Of a DNA stretch of 64,000 nucleotides, positions 9,601-17,323 are shown in pieces. A program made the translations under genes and the position numbers. The notes under the pieces were generated by a model. The model ran no database searches. It was not told the DNA's origin and worked only from the letters and a program-made list of their open reading frames with translations. Within the stretch, counting starts at the first letter, position 1. Each line of letters begins with the position of its first letter. The stretch covers positions 9,371 to 73,370 of the forward strand of contig JAAYKM010000051.1 in assembly GCA_012522415.1 (NCBI GenBank), in the 5' to 3' direction. Source of the stretch: Deltaproteobacteria bacterium. GTDB lineage: Bacteria; Desulfobacterota; Syntrophia; Syntrophales; JAAYKM01.

Positions 9601-10069
9601 TGCGGCGGCATTCCTTCTGACATGGAGCGGGACAGACCCGGCCCAGGATACCGGGAAAGGGGACCTTCTCCTTGATGAGCTTTTCCGCGTCGTGGTATTC
9701 GCCGTTGGCGGCCAGTCCCACATAACCCTGGATATCAATGCCCGCTGGACAGGTCATGTTGCACGGGGCCACACAATCCGCAAAATGATTGGAAAAGAGC
9801 AGTTCTATGTCGAGTTTTCGAAGACTCTGGATCAGTTCGGTCTCCGTATTGATTGTGATACCGTCAAAAACCGGCGCCGCACAGGCCACCACGGGATATC
9901 TCGCGTTTTTCTGTTCGACAAGACAGACCCGGCAGCTTCCGAAAGGGTCGATCTGAGCGCGCTCACAGAGAACGGGAATGCCGATTCCGTTTCGTTTGGC
10001 CACTTCGCGAATGGTTTCACCTTGTCTCGCTTCATATTCTCTACCGTTTATTCTAACTTTGATCGCCAT
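6620..10069 (-). CDS. Chimeric FeS flavoprotein: NuoG/FdhA-type 2Fe-2S N-terminus, GltD/NfnB-like NAD(P)H module, 4Fe-4S domains, and a cofactor-less-looking molybdopterin-oxidoreductase-like domain (StnC/SfrAB-like)
   Basis: 1149 aa with an AGGAGG SD. Motifs in order: GSCRVCLVE (2Fe-2S fold); CVAPCNMTCPAG and CPAPCQKEC (GltD N-terminal clusters); VAIVGAGPAGMSCAYYL, VVVVGGGNTAIDAVRT and FAGGDAMRG (FAD/NAD(P)H folds); CILCGACVRAC and CESCGTCVQNCP (ferredoxin motifs). The MopB-like region then opens with a degenerate cluster motif, CTFGGFGC. Confidence 0.85.
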   Translation of the reverse strand: MAIKVRINGREYEARQGETIREVAKRNGIGIPVLCERAQIDPFGSCRVCLVEQKNARYPVVACAAPVFDGITINTETELIQSLRKLDIELLFSNHFADCVAPCNMTCPAGIDIQGYVGLAANGEYHDAEKLIKEKVPFPGILGRVCPAPCQKECRRNLVDETVSIKSIKRFISDRNFERGTRYNPPVAPSSGKTVAIVGAGPAGMSCAYYLAQQGHQCMIIEKLPKAGGMTRYGIPDYRLPQNELDAEIAEIESLGVEFIYNTELGKDVTIDGLRRSFDAVFLAVGAHVSKSMGIPGEELEGVYQGIDFLRDVKLGKQFDLGETVVVVGGGNTAIDAVRTSLRLGAKNCYIVYRRSRAEMPADPIEVHDAEEEGVRFHFLTNPVRIHGKKRMESIESVRMELGEPDASGRRSPVVIEGSEFMLQADTIIMAIGQEPDVACIGADCEVRTTRWSTFVVNEDTFQTDIPEVFAGGDAMRGPCTVVESIADGRNAATQINRFLKGRDLTPIPGVYSVQRGKSLGDLRPLEEEWKNRYPAEPRAEMPMVDPKERIKDFKECELGFAEGELRREAGRCLECGCFSQYDCELRQIGKVVDAEPTALKTKGEIRFEPDLRHPFIMKDQNKCILCGACVRACDELRHVGAWGFVDRGYVTTVQPSFGVALQETDCESCGTCVQNCPTGSLDERFPGTKTVPEDAIEMPGVCTFGGFGCHLNLATVNGRLVSVKAPERDPNNGLLCRYGRYGTRYINNLPRITEPMKRDGDILKPISWTEAHKILVGSVGRIPGKDWGIYAGGRLTLEELAQLDVFVDKNMPEGLKSSFSSDSLKVGEAINETFGTVGSPWSYNVVDAADMVLAVGFDDEDMMTVLGVKIRGAKKNGATLYGLGMEAPRTLHHAFDIFDVSHSPAATLAGVCKTVAKSVKTAETKGLFKGLKVAACEEDDDLLSALNGAQNPVIVISGRAGGNTARWAANLAVLKGCPVLGLPLTPNAQGLLEMGFAEDIAARRGLFILGEDPVGCAVSGKVADEVVGKADFIVVADAFLTPTVEKADLILPLKVSGERAGTFLSGERRLNRFAQVLKADYPTIFDRIPEVGKTEKLRMALRARFISLRTAKQGVVRPAPLADGEIRYTNGADYLSAQVNWEFEQLEL

Positions 10070-10077
10070 AATTCCTC

Positions 10078-11841
10078 CTATTCGACAATGATCGCGTCGA
10101 ATTTACATGCGTCCTTGCAGAAGCCACAACGGGTGCATAATTCATCGTCGATTTGGTGAACCTGCTTGCGTTCACCGGTTGCGGCACCGACGGGACACGT
10201 CTTCGCACAGAGTGTGCAGCCAGTACATTTATCGGCCACCACCCGGTAAGTGATCAGGGCCTTGCATTTTTTGGCCGGGCATTTCTTCTCGCGGATATGG
10301 GCTTCGTATTCGTCCCGGAAATAACGCAGTGTGGTCAGAACCGGGTTCGGAGCGGTCTGACCCAGACCGCAGAGCGATCCCTTGATGATGGCGTCACAGA
10401 GCTTCTGAAGCAGGGGGATATCCTCCTCAGTGCCCTCTCCCGCTGTAATCCTCTCGAGGATTTCAAGCATCCGTTTTGTACCGACGCGACAGAAGGTGCA
10501 TTTGCCGCAGGACTCCTCGACCGTAAAGGAGAGGAAATAACGGGCAATGTCGACCATGCAGGTGCCCTGATCCATAAAGACCATACCGCCAGAACCGACA
10601 ATGGCCCCGGTCGCGGTAATATTTTCGTAATCGATCGGCGTATCATGAAGATGAGAGGGAATACATCCGCCCGAAGGCCCGCCCATCTGGACGGCCTTGC
10701 ACTTGCCGTTGTTGATGATGCCGCCGCCGATATCGTTGACGATTTCGTTGATGGTTATCCCCATCGGCACCTCAATCATTCCCCCGCGATTGATCTTGCC
10801 GGCGAGAGCGAACACCTTGGTTCCCTTCGACATGTCTGTGCCGTACTTGGAAAAGGCGGCTCCCCCCTCCCTGATGATGTAGGGGATGTTGGCGTAAGTT
10901 TCGACGTTGTTGTTGTTCGTGGGTTTCCCCCAGATACCCTGCGTCGCCGGGAAAGGTGGGCGGGTGCGGGGCATGCCCCGTTTCCCTTCGATGGACGCGA
11001 TCAGGGCCGTTTCCTCCCCGCAGCCAAACGCGCCGGCTCCCTCGATGACATGGAGGGTAAAGCTGAAGTCGGTGCCCAAAATATTTTTCCCCGAATAGCC
11101 TCTCGCCTCCGCCTGATTGATGGCCAGGCGAAGCCTCTTCACAGCCAGCGGATATTCGGCTCTGACGTAGAAGAACCCAACCTGGGCGCCCACCGCATAG
11201 GCACCGATGGTCATCCCCTCGATCACGCCGTGGGGATCGCCTTCCAGGGTGGAGCGGTCCATAAAGGCACCGGGGTCCCCTTCATCGCCGTTGCAGATCA
11301 TATATTTTTCCTCGCCCGGGGCATCCTTTGCGAACTGCCATTTCATTCCGCAGGAAAAACCTGCTCCTCCACGCCCCCGGAGTCCGGAAGCACGAACCTG
11401 ATCGATAACATCCTGACGGTCCATGGTCTTCAAAACTTTCTCCAGGGCCCGGTAACCACCGGCCGCAACGTAGTCATCGACGTTTTCCGGATCGATGACA
11501 CCGATATTCTTGGTGGCCAACTTGACCTGCTTGTCCTGATAGGATGATTGCGTCGTCGGGTGATCGGGGTGAAGGATGATCCAGTCTTCAAGGTGTGTCC
11601 CTTTAGCCAGAGCATCAATGAATTTTTGAACCTTGTCAGCCGTCAGATTACCATAGGTGTATACTTTCTCTTCCTCGATCACATCGATAATCGGTTCCAG
11701 ATAGCACATACCGTTACAGCCTGTTTTCCTGATCTCAAAATCACTGTTCCCGTCAAGCAATTCATGTAGCTTGTTCAGGGTTTCTTCCGCTCCTGCGGCA
11801 ATCCCGCAGGAATTGTATCCAATACGGAGGATTTTCATCAT
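10078..11841 (-). CDS. NuoF/HydB-like NADH-binding FMN FeS flavoprotein subunit
   Basis: 587 aa with GRGGAGFSCGMKW, CNGDEGDPGAFMDR and SCGKCTFCRVG (N3 cluster). The C-terminus has 2x[4Fe-4S] motifs CTGCTLCAKTCP and CTRCGFCKDAC. There is a thioredoxin-like N-terminal domain. Confidence 0.9.
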   Translation of the reverse strand: MMKILRIGYNSCGIAAGAEETLNKLHELLDGNSDFEIRKTGCNGMCYLEPIIDVIEEEKVYTYGNLTADKVQKFIDALAKGTHLEDWIILHPDHPTTQSSYQDKQVKLATKNIGVIDPENVDDYVAAGGYRALEKVLKTMDRQDVIDQVRASGLRGRGGAGFSCGMKWQFAKDAPGEEKYMICNGDEGDPGAFMDRSTLEGDPHGVIEGMTIGAYAVGAQVGFFYVRAEYPLAVKRLRLAINQAEARGYSGKNILGTDFSFTLHVIEGAGAFGCGEETALIASIEGKRGMPRTRPPFPATQGIWGKPTNNNNVETYANIPYIIREGGAAFSKYGTDMSKGTKVFALAGKINRGGMIEVPMGITINEIVNDIGGGIINNGKCKAVQMGGPSGGCIPSHLHDTPIDYENITATGAIVGSGGMVFMDQGTCMVDIARYFLSFTVEESCGKCTFCRVGTKRMLEILERITAGEGTEEDIPLLQKLCDAIIKGSLCGLGQTAPNPVLTTLRYFRDEYEAHIREKKCPAKKCKALITYRVVADKCTGCTLCAKTCPVGAATGERKQVHQIDDELCTRCGFCKDACKFDAIIVE

Positions 11842-12320
11842 TCAGCCTCCTTCTTCTTGTACTCTTTCATAACTTTGCGAACCTTGTCCGTGGAGAGTTT
11901 CCCATAGACTTTTTCCCCAACCATGATGACGGGGGCCAGGCTACAGCATCCCAGACAAGCCACCGACTCGACGGTAAACAGCATATCCGGCGTCGTCTCT
12001 CCCGACTTGACATTCAGCGCACCCTCAATGGCTTCGGTAAGGCCGTCGGCATTCTGAACATGACAGGCCGTCCCATGACAGACACGAACCAGGTTTTTTC
12101 CGACGGGCGTCAGGCGGAATTGGGCGTAAAAAGTGACAATTCCATAAATGCTGGCGGTTGAAACTCCCATACTTCTGGCAACACGTTCCAGAGCTTCCTT
12201 TTCCAGGTAGCCCTTGTGCGCCTGAACCTGCTGAAGCACGGTGATGAGCGTTCCCTTATGGCCCCTGTAACGCTCCAGTACCTCATCGACATAACTAAAA
12301 TCCAGTTGTTCCATTTTCAA
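11838..12320 (-). CDS. NuoE/HydC-like thioredoxin-fold 2Fe-2S subunit
   Basis: 160 aa with CHGTACHV ... CLGCCSLAPV. It overlaps the NuoF-like gene by 4 nt. Confidence 0.9.
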   Translation of the reverse strand: MKMEQLDFSYVDEVLERYRGHKGTLITVLQQVQAHKGYLEKEALERVARSMGVSTASIYGIVTFYAQFRLTPVGKNLVRVCHGTACHVQNADGLTEAIEGALNVKSGETTPDMLFTVESVACLGCCSLAPVIMVGEKVYGKLSTDKVRKVMKEYKKKEAE

Positions 12321-12708
12321 CTCCTTGGAAGAAGACTCAACGCCACCGTGAAACCCGACACGGAGAAGCAGAGACCCGTACGGAACGGGTATCCGCCTTT
12401 ACCTGAACGAAGGCGTTTTCTCGAAGACGCTTATCAAACGATTACGGTGGAAAGTCGCCTAACCACCATAGGCCGGGGGGAGAAACTTGAATTGGGTACC
12501 ACCCGACATTCTATGTATAAAAGGGCATTCAGCGATCATGGCGGACAGTTACCTGTGTTTTCAATGATGAGAATACCTTTCAATCGCGGCGACATATACT
12601 AAAAAGGCGGGTGAAGGTCAAGGAGAAAAAACGGAACGGGAGAGGCAAAATGGACGTCTCTTCCACACCTAAGGTCCTGTATTTTCGGCTGTTTTATCAG
12701 GGGCTATG

Positions 12709-14718
12709 CTATACCAGACGCTCCGCCACAATCTCCGCAATATCCTTTACGACAATCTGTCCGGAAGCATTTTCGTCCTTCAGTCCGTCCTCAAACATGG
12801 TCATACAGTACGGACACGCCACACTGATCACTTCCGCATCCGTTGCCAGGGCATCTTTTGTCCGTTCGACATAAATTCGGCTTCCCTGATTTTCCTCGAG
12901 CCACATGCGGCCGCCGCCTGCGCCACAACAGAAACTCTCCGAACCGTGGCGGCTCATTTCTACAGGCGCCTTTCCGCCGCAGACCCTGGCGATGATCGCT
13001 CTCGGCTCCTTGTAGATATTGTTATAACGTCCGAGATAGCATGGATCATGGTACGTGACGCGCATCCCCGTTTCCCCTTTCAGTTTGAGTACGCCGCTCT
13101 GCAGGAGCTTGTGAATGAGTTGGGAATGGTGGATCACCTCGAAATCGACGCCGTACTGCCCGTAATCGTTTTTCAATGTACTGAAACAATGAGGACAGTA
13201 GGTGATGATTTTTTTGATCCCGTACTTTTTGAAGATTTCTATATTGTCCCTCACCAGGATATCGAAAACATATTCGTTCCCCAGTCTCCGCAGAGAATCG
13301 CCACAGCATTTCTCCTCATTACCCAGCACACCCCAGGAAAGACGGGCGGCGTTGAGGATCTTCGCCACAGCCGTCGTCACCATCCTGCCCCTTGGATCAA
13401 AGGATCCCGAACAGCCCACATAGAAGAGATACTCGACTTGGGCGCCATGTGAAAGGATCTTGATGTCCCGGTCATGGACCCACTTTTCCCGTTCATTCGG
13501 TGCGATTCCCCAGGGATTGAATCGCTGTTCCGAATTTTCGAAAAAAGCGATCAATTCTTCCGGGAAGGCAGCCTTTTCCACAACCAGATGACGCCGGAGC
13601 CCAATCAGTTTCGGTACATGTTCGATAAAAACAGGACACTGCTGCATGCAGGCCCCGCATGTCGTACAGGACCAGATGGCATCAACCGAAATGCTTTCGT
13701 CACGCGTATTGATAAGCGGAACAGCCATCTCGGCCGAATCGGGAGCGGAAACAAGCGTGTCCGGGGGTCTGGAAGCAAGCAGAATCCGGCCATTGGCCAA
13801 GAGATTGAGTTTTCCCTCATGAACAACCTCCTTGGGATTCAGGGGTTTGTGCGTGTTATGGGCGGGGCAGGCCGCCTGGCACCGGCCGCACTCCGTGCAG
13901 GACAGGAAATCCAGCAGGTCCTTCCATGAATATTGGACTATCTTTGAAACGCCAAAGCGTTCCCCGCGACGAAAGATCATCCGGGGAACGGTATTTACAA
14001 ATGAGGCATTCCTGAAAAAGATATTCGGTATCGCCGTCAGGATATGCAAATGTTTGCTGTAGGGCAGATAATTGAGGAAAAACAAGAGTACCAGGGCATG
14101 AGTCCACCAGAATATCCGTCCCAGGGCATGGCCCCCTTCCTGGGTCAGTCCCCGGAAGAGAGGCGCCAGGAGAGAAGAAACCGGCATGGTCCAGCGGGAA
14201 ATCGCTTTTCCGTTCAACCGGATTTCGCTGGCATGATAACCGAAGTAGGCAACTATTAGAACGGCAACCAGACCCAAAATCACAAAGGCATCCACTGTCT
14301 GGTCGATATAGGCGGGACGGAAGAACATCCGCCGAATAACGGCGTTGAAAACGCATACCAGCACCACAACCGACATGATATCGGCCATGAAGAGCATGGC
14401 CCCATAGGGGATATCTCCCAAAAACCAGAAGGAGAAGCGGGGGAAGACACCTGAGACCAGAAACTCCACATTCATCAGAAGGAGAAACATGAAACCCCAG
14501 AACAGAAGCAGGTGGTTCACGCCGAATCCTTCACTTACAACACGAACCTGGGCGAAGCCATACACCAGCATACCCCGGAATCGCGACCAGAGACGATCAA
14601 AACGATTCTCACTCCGCCCGAGGCAGATCATGGCAAAGAGGCGGTACAGGTTGCGCAAAAAGAAACCCACCGCACCGACAAGAATGAACAGGAACAACAA
14701 GGATTCGACGGAACTCAA
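12709..14718 (-). CDS. Membrane FeS oxidoreductase: N-terminal NarI/DsrM-like polytopic domain, 2x[4Fe-4S], and two CCG (HdrD/GlpC-like) domains; putative Etf:menaquinone oxidoreductase
   Basis: 669 aa. The first ~230 aa are hydrophobic helices carrying His residues (NHLLLFWG, WWTHALV, SKHLHILTA). These are followed by CTECGRCQAACP and CTTCGACMQQCP, then the Cys-rich CCGDS, CPHCF, DPCYLGR, FCCGAGGG and CPYCMTM. TTG start with GGAG SD. Confidence 0.85.
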   Translation of the reverse strand: MSSVESLLFLFILVGAVGFFLRNLYRLFAMICLGRSENRFDRLWSRFRGMLVYGFAQVRVVSEGFGVNHLLLFWGFMFLLLMNVEFLVSGVFPRFSFWFLGDIPYGAMLFMADIMSVVVLVCVFNAVIRRMFFRPAYIDQTVDAFVILGLVAVLIVAYFGYHASEIRLNGKAISRWTMPVSSLLAPLFRGLTQEGGHALGRIFWWTHALVLLFFLNYLPYSKHLHILTAIPNIFFRNASFVNTVPRMIFRRGERFGVSKIVQYSWKDLLDFLSCTECGRCQAACPAHNTHKPLNPKEVVHEGKLNLLANGRILLASRPPDTLVSAPDSAEMAVPLINTRDESISVDAIWSCTTCGACMQQCPVFIEHVPKLIGLRRHLVVEKAAFPEELIAFFENSEQRFNPWGIAPNEREKWVHDRDIKILSHGAQVEYLFYVGCSGSFDPRGRMVTTAVAKILNAARLSWGVLGNEEKCCGDSLRRLGNEYVFDILVRDNIEIFKKYGIKKIITYCPHCFSTLKNDYGQYGVDFEVIHHSQLIHKLLQSGVLKLKGETGMRVTYHDPCYLGRYNNIYKEPRAIIARVCGGKAPVEMSRHGSESFCCGAGGGRMWLEENQGSRIYVERTKDALATDAEVISVACPYCMTMFEDGLKDENASGQIVVKDIAEIVAERLV

Positions 14719-14779
14719 GGGAACTCCTTTCTATTTACCGGTAAAGCCTCATGACGATTTTCACGACACCTTTTGTCTT

Positions 14780-16177
14780 CTACGGACCTGTAACCTGTCC
14801 GGGCTGTTTTTCCAGATCCAGCCAGAACAGATTCGAGATGTCCGATGAGACCGGGTGTGCCCAGCTCGTGTGCAATTTATCGATCAGAGCGGGGAGGATT
14901 TCGAAAACATCCCCGACGATGCCCAAATGGGCAACCTGAAAGATCGGCGCATTGCGGTCTGTGTTTATCGCAATGATATGCTCCGAATCCTGCATCCCAA
15001 CCAGGTGTTGAATCGCCCCGGAAATCGCGCAGGCAATGTAGAGTTTGGGACGAACGGTTTTCCCCGTCTGGCCGACTTGACGTTCATGGGGCATCCAGCC
15101 GGCATCCACAGCGCTGCGCGAAGAGGCCACCACACCCCCCAGAAGATCTGCCAGATCGTACAGTATCTTGAAATTCTCCGCGTTCTGAAAACCCCGGCCA
15201 CCGCTGACAATCACATTGGCCACCGAAATATCGATGGCGCCCTCAGTTTTCAGGGGAATGATCTCCAGCACGGCGCTGTTCAGAAGATCGGTCTGCAACC
15301 CGAAGGGTTCCGTCATGACAGGCCCCGTTCGACCGGGGTGTACATCCGGCTTCGGCATCACGTGGGGACGGACGGAAGCCATCTGGGGGCGTGCCGTTTC
15401 CGTTAGAATCGTCGCCATGATGTTGCCCCCGAATGCTGGGCGCGTCTGCTCCAGAAGCCGGCGGCTCTTGTCGATCGCCAGACCCGTACAGTCCGCGGTC
15501 AGTCCCGTCTGCAACTCCGTGGCAATGGCTCCCGCCAGATCACGCCCCAACCCCGTTGCCCCAATCAATATCACTTCCGGTTTGTATTTCCGAATCAGGG
15601 TCAAGGCCCCGTGCAGATAGGGCTCCGTACGATAGTGTTCCAGAAGCGGATCCTCTGTCATAAAAACAACGTCGGCCCCGTACGCAAAAGCCTCATCCGC
15701 CAGATGTTTGATGTTCGAACCGAGAACGAACGCAGACAATTGGACCTGCAAGTCCCTGGCAAGGGTCCGACCCGCGCCGAGAAGTTCCCAGGACACCGAA
15801 TGGGCCTTGCCTTCGGCCTGTTCCACAAACACCCAGACACCTCTCCAGGCATCGAGAGACGATTCCGTTTTCTCCGTCATCGATGCCGAGGCATCCTCGT
15901 CTTCAACCGGCTCACTGTGCTCAGCACTCCCCTTGTCGAGTTCTTCCAGCAACCTCTGCTCCTCCGGAGTAAAAGCCATCCGAAGCGCCTCCGCCGGGCA
16001 AACCTTGACACATTTCGCGCAGCCGATACACTTGTCCGTCAGAATGATGGGCTCATCCTTTTCGTTCATTTCTATGGCATCCACCTTGCAGGCCGCTTGG
16101 CAGCGGGCTCCGCATGCAATACACTTTCCGGGGATCAATTCAGCCTTGCCGCGGGGTCTCTTGACTTTTTTTTCCAT
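14780..16177 (-). CDS. Electron transfer flavoprotein large subunit (EtfA/FixB type) with a fused N-terminal 2x[4Fe-4S] ferredoxin domain
   Basis: Ferredoxin domain motifs are CIACGARCQAAC (CX2CX3CX3C) and CIGCAKCVKVCP, followed by an acidic linker. The Etf alpha fold follows with TRPAFGGNIMATI and SGAIQHLVGM. The ATG at 16177 is preceded by GGAG; the track start at 16183 is a GTG. Confidence 0.85.
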   Translation of the reverse strand: MEKKVKRPRGKAELIPGKCIACGARCQAACKVDAIEMNEKDEPIILTDKCIGCAKCVKVCPAEALRMAFTPEEQRLLEELDKGSAEHSEPVEDEDASASMTEKTESSLDAWRGVWVFVEQAEGKAHSVSWELLGAGRTLARDLQVQLSAFVLGSNIKHLADEAFAYGADVVFMTEDPLLEHYRTEPYLHGALTLIRKYKPEVILIGATGLGRDLAGAIATELQTGLTADCTGLAIDKSRRLLEQTRPAFGGNIMATILTETARPQMASVRPHVMPKPDVHPGRTGPVMTEPFGLQTDLLNSAVLEIIPLKTEGAIDISVANVIVSGGRGFQNAENFKILYDLADLLGGVVASSRSAVDAGWMPHERQVGQTGKTVRPKLYIACAISGAIQHLVGMQDSEHIIAINTDRNAPIFQVAHLGIVGDVFEILPALIDKLHTSWAHPVSSDISNLFWLDLEKQPGQVTGP

Positions 16178-16264
16178 CGTCACTCCTAAAAAATCGGCCC
16201 ATGAGGGGACATAGGCAGGATTTGCAAACCGGCAAATCCATGTTCAACAGTTCTCTTCGCTCCG

Positions 16265-17083
16265 TCAGTGCCCCAACGATATGAAATCCCAGTCCAGAAG
16301 CTTTTTGAAAACCATGTCCACCGCCCTGTCCATCTTTTCTCCCTCCCCATCGACGATCTCACCCTTGTCCCGCTGCGGGGCAAAAATCTTGCGCACCTGT
16401 GTCGGGGATCCTCTCAAGCCGATCATATCCGGATCCAGTTTCAGAACGTCATTCGTCCAGATCGGCACTTTTGCTTCCAGCGCCTCCAGACGCCCCGGGA
16501 CCGTTGGGTAACGGGGCACATTCACTTCGCGAACCACCGTAATCAATACAGGCAGCCTCGACTCGACGATCTCGTGCATTTCCTCGAGAACGCGCCGAAC
16601 AACAATGATCCGTTTTTCCTTGTGAATCTCCAGAATACGGTCCACCAACGTCAGTTGTGAATATTTCAGCCGACACGCAATTCCCGGTCCCACCTGGGCC
16701 GTGTCACCGTCGATCGTCTGTTTACCGCATAAAACGATATCCACCGGCTTTTGCCCGTCGAGCCTGCGGATCGCTTCCGACAAAACCAGACTTGTCGCCA
16801 ATGTATCGGCGCCCCCGAAGGCACGATCACTGAGCAATACGGCATCGTCTACACCAAGGGCCATGGCCTTTTTCAGAACCGCGTCCGCCGCGGGGGGACC
16901 CATCGAAATGGCTGTCACGCAGCCGCCATATTTTTCTTTCAAACGCAAGGCCTCTTCCACCGCATGATTGTCAAAAGGATTCGTAATAAACGGCACCCCT
17001 TCGCGGACCAGGGTGTTCGTTACAGGGTCGATGATCACCTGTGTTGTGTCCGGTACCATTTTCACACAGACAACATAATGCAT
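16265..17083 (-). CDS. Electron transfer flavoprotein small subunit (EtfB/FixA), bifurcating-type sequence signature
   Basis: 272 aa with VCVKMVPDT, DRAFGGADTLATS, CGKQTIDGDTAQVGP and GSPTQV. From memory these match Acidaminococcus/Clostridium bifurcating EtfB rather than canonical ETF-beta. Confidence 0.85.
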   Translation of the reverse strand: MHYVVCVKMVPDTTQVIIDPVTNTLVREGVPFITNPFDNHAVEEALRLKEKYGGCVTAISMGPPAADAVLKKAMALGVDDAVLLSDRAFGGADTLATSLVLSEAIRRLDGQKPVDIVLCGKQTIDGDTAQVGPGIACRLKYSQLTLVDRILEIHKEKRIIVVRRVLEEMHEIVESRLPVLITVVREVNVPRYPTVPGRLEALEAKVPIWTNDVLKLDPDMIGLRGSPTQVRKIFAPQRDKGEIVDGEGEKMDRAVDMVFKKLLDWDFISLGH

Positions 17084-17260
17084 GGTTCTCTCCCGTTCGA
17101 TTTTATTTTGACGCGACCATCACGGCGTTTCGGCATCATATTCGTACAAACAAATAAATTTTTCAAATACATTTGATGGGGGATGGCACACCGCCGAATT
17201 CAATGCGCCGGAGGATTGTTCAAGAGAGGATTTTCCAAGCCGGATCCTTTATTGCCTATG

Positions 17261-17290
17261 AAAAAGGCCGGGATCGTTCGATCCCGGCCT
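17261..17290 (-). terminator. Rho-independent terminator of ppsA
   Basis: aggccgggatcg / cgatcccggcct palindrome (17265-17290). On the minus strand it is followed by TTTTT (plus-strand A-run 17261-17265). Confidence 0.8.
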
Positions 17291-17323
17291 CCCTCACATC
17301 ATATGCCTTGCAGCCGATAATTC

